DNA of 64,000 bases from the human T2T-CHM13v2.0 reference genome, Homo sapiens, in NCBI RefSeq assembly GCF_009914755.1, contig NC_060940.1; one strand, 5' to 3'. The position numbers and the translations under genes were made by a program. The notes beneath the pieces are model-generated. The model made no database searches, was not told the origin of the DNA, and saw only the letters and a program-made list of their open reading frames with translations. Positions within the stretch are counted from its first letter, which is position 1; each line of letters begins with the position of its first letter. Of this stretch, positions 62,338 through 64,000 are shown one piece after another.

Positions 62338-64000
62338 TCAAAAACAAAAACAAAAACAAAAAACCCAGGAAAGTCTCTGTGCAGCACATTAGACCCTGAA
62401 TGGAAATGATGTTAGGAGGCATTTTGGTGCATGCTTTATTTCACCAGTCGGAATGTAAGCCTTACCAATGTCTGTGAGGGCCCAGGACTTGTTCTCCCAC
62501 ATCTCAGGCCTGTCAGCTGCCCTTTCCTGCACGGGGCATCAGGGAGAGAGAGGAGGAGGGATTTAGTAGCTTTGGAATTCAGTACATGGGGTCTCCCTAA
62601 CCTCGGGGAATCCAACAGAAAGAAAAAGGAGGAAGAAAATGTGATGATTTTCTTTTTAATCAGTAAGCAAACAGTTCCTAGAGTTGCCCAACCTGACCAC
62701 AGGAATGTTTCCTGGGTTGCAGTCCATGAAAATGATCAGTTACGGCCTCTGTTTCGGCAGACAGGCTGTGTTGTTACGCATGCAGCCACAGCTGGGACAA
62801 GAAAGCCCCTCCAATTTGCTGTGAACCCAGAGGGCCTCCCCATTCTCCTTATTCTTTTTGAGAAAATCAAACGCATTTCCCTCCCTAAGACAGGTGGGGA
62901 AGCAGTCCCCCTCCAGCCTCCGCCTCTGCAGGAGGCCTAATGTCGCTGCCAACTCCTTGCTAGAATGGAGATGAGTTGTTTTTCTCCCCTCTTCTTGAAA
63001 ACAAATTGAGATGAGATTCCTTGCCAGTTGGTGTTGACTCTGGAAAATTGAAACCAAGCAGTTGGTTTTGACTTGAGCAGAGAAGCAACCCCAGCTTCTC
63101 CAGTCAAGGCAGCAGATACCAATCCAGGCAGGAATATTGAGATGAAACTGAGTGAGGCTGTTAATCAATGGGCACACTGGCTGTTGCTGTCCTCTCTGGG
63201 AGAGGCCTGGAAAGAAAAATGATTTAAAACTAAGTTCCCTTCTGGCCTTGTTGTCAAGAAGGGTATGGGGTATGGGGAGGCAATGAGGCAATCTGGCCCG
63301 CAGGAGCAAGAGCTAACCTTTCTCATAGGCCTGTGCTAAAATCATGTTAATTCCACTTGAATGTTGGCCCCCGGGTGGGCAGGAGTGGTTATCTGTTGTG
63401 ATTGTGGCTGGATCTTCAGTACTAGAACAGGCTGCCCCCATGCAGGAGGTATGCACACAGTAGGTGTGCAGGCTTTGAGTAGACCTTGGAACTGTTCCCC
63501 CGCACTGCCGCCTGCTCTCTCCCTTACTTCAGCACACAGCTCCAAGCTGGGGCAGTCTCTTTCACTTCCCTTTATTCCCTAATATGCCCTAATATTCCCT
63601 AATGTCCTTTATTTAGTGAGTTGTCCTGCCTGTCACATAAAGCCCTTGGAAATTCCTTACCTGCTTATATTTCTCTATTACACTTTTCATTCCTGATACT
63701 TTTTTTCGTTTTCTTTCTTTTTGGAGATAGCATCTCAATCTGTCGCCCAGGCTGGAGTGCAGTGGCACAGTTACAGCTCACTGCAGCCTCGACCTCCTGT
63801 GCTCAGGTGATCCTCCTGCCTCAGCCTCCTAAATAGCTGGGACTATAGACACGCGCCACCACACCCAGCTAATTTTTAATTTTTTGTAGAGTTGGGGTCT
63901 TGCCATGTTGCTCAGGCTAGTCTTGAATTCCTGGGCCCAAGTGATCCTCTCACCTCGGCCTCCCAAAGTGCTGGGATTACAGGCATGAGCCACCATGATT

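Overview
Human (primate) genomic DNA covering the 5' end of CDH1 (E-cadherin). It contains about 9.4 kb of Alu/L1/MIR-rich upstream sequence, the TATA-less CpG-island promoter (TSS ~9467; three E-boxes, CCAAT, GC box), coding exon 1 (9591-9638), intron 1, exon 2 (10485-10599) and the first ~53 kb of the very large intron 2. Exon 3 is not in the window. Several alleles (c.48+6T, a 13-bp intron 1 insertion, the -347 'G' allele) suggest a haplotype different from the GRCh38 sequence as I recall it. Nearly all ORF-track entries are Alu, microsatellite or GC-rich artefacts. I found no convincing new gene or multi-gene system. The most notable observations are: a tailless 5S rRNA retrocopy inside an Alu with a second templated insert beside it; a non-Alu inverted duplication in intron 2 that could fold as a long hairpin and preserves the empty site of a tailless, TSD-less Alu; a MER53 element carrying a near-perfect miR-1302 complement; a perfect Pol III B-box (MIR-derived) at the Alu/CpG-island border; several candidate intronic enhancer or promoter modules; and local tandem duplications and inverted-Alu junctions. 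Repeat boundaries were set by eye and are approximate.
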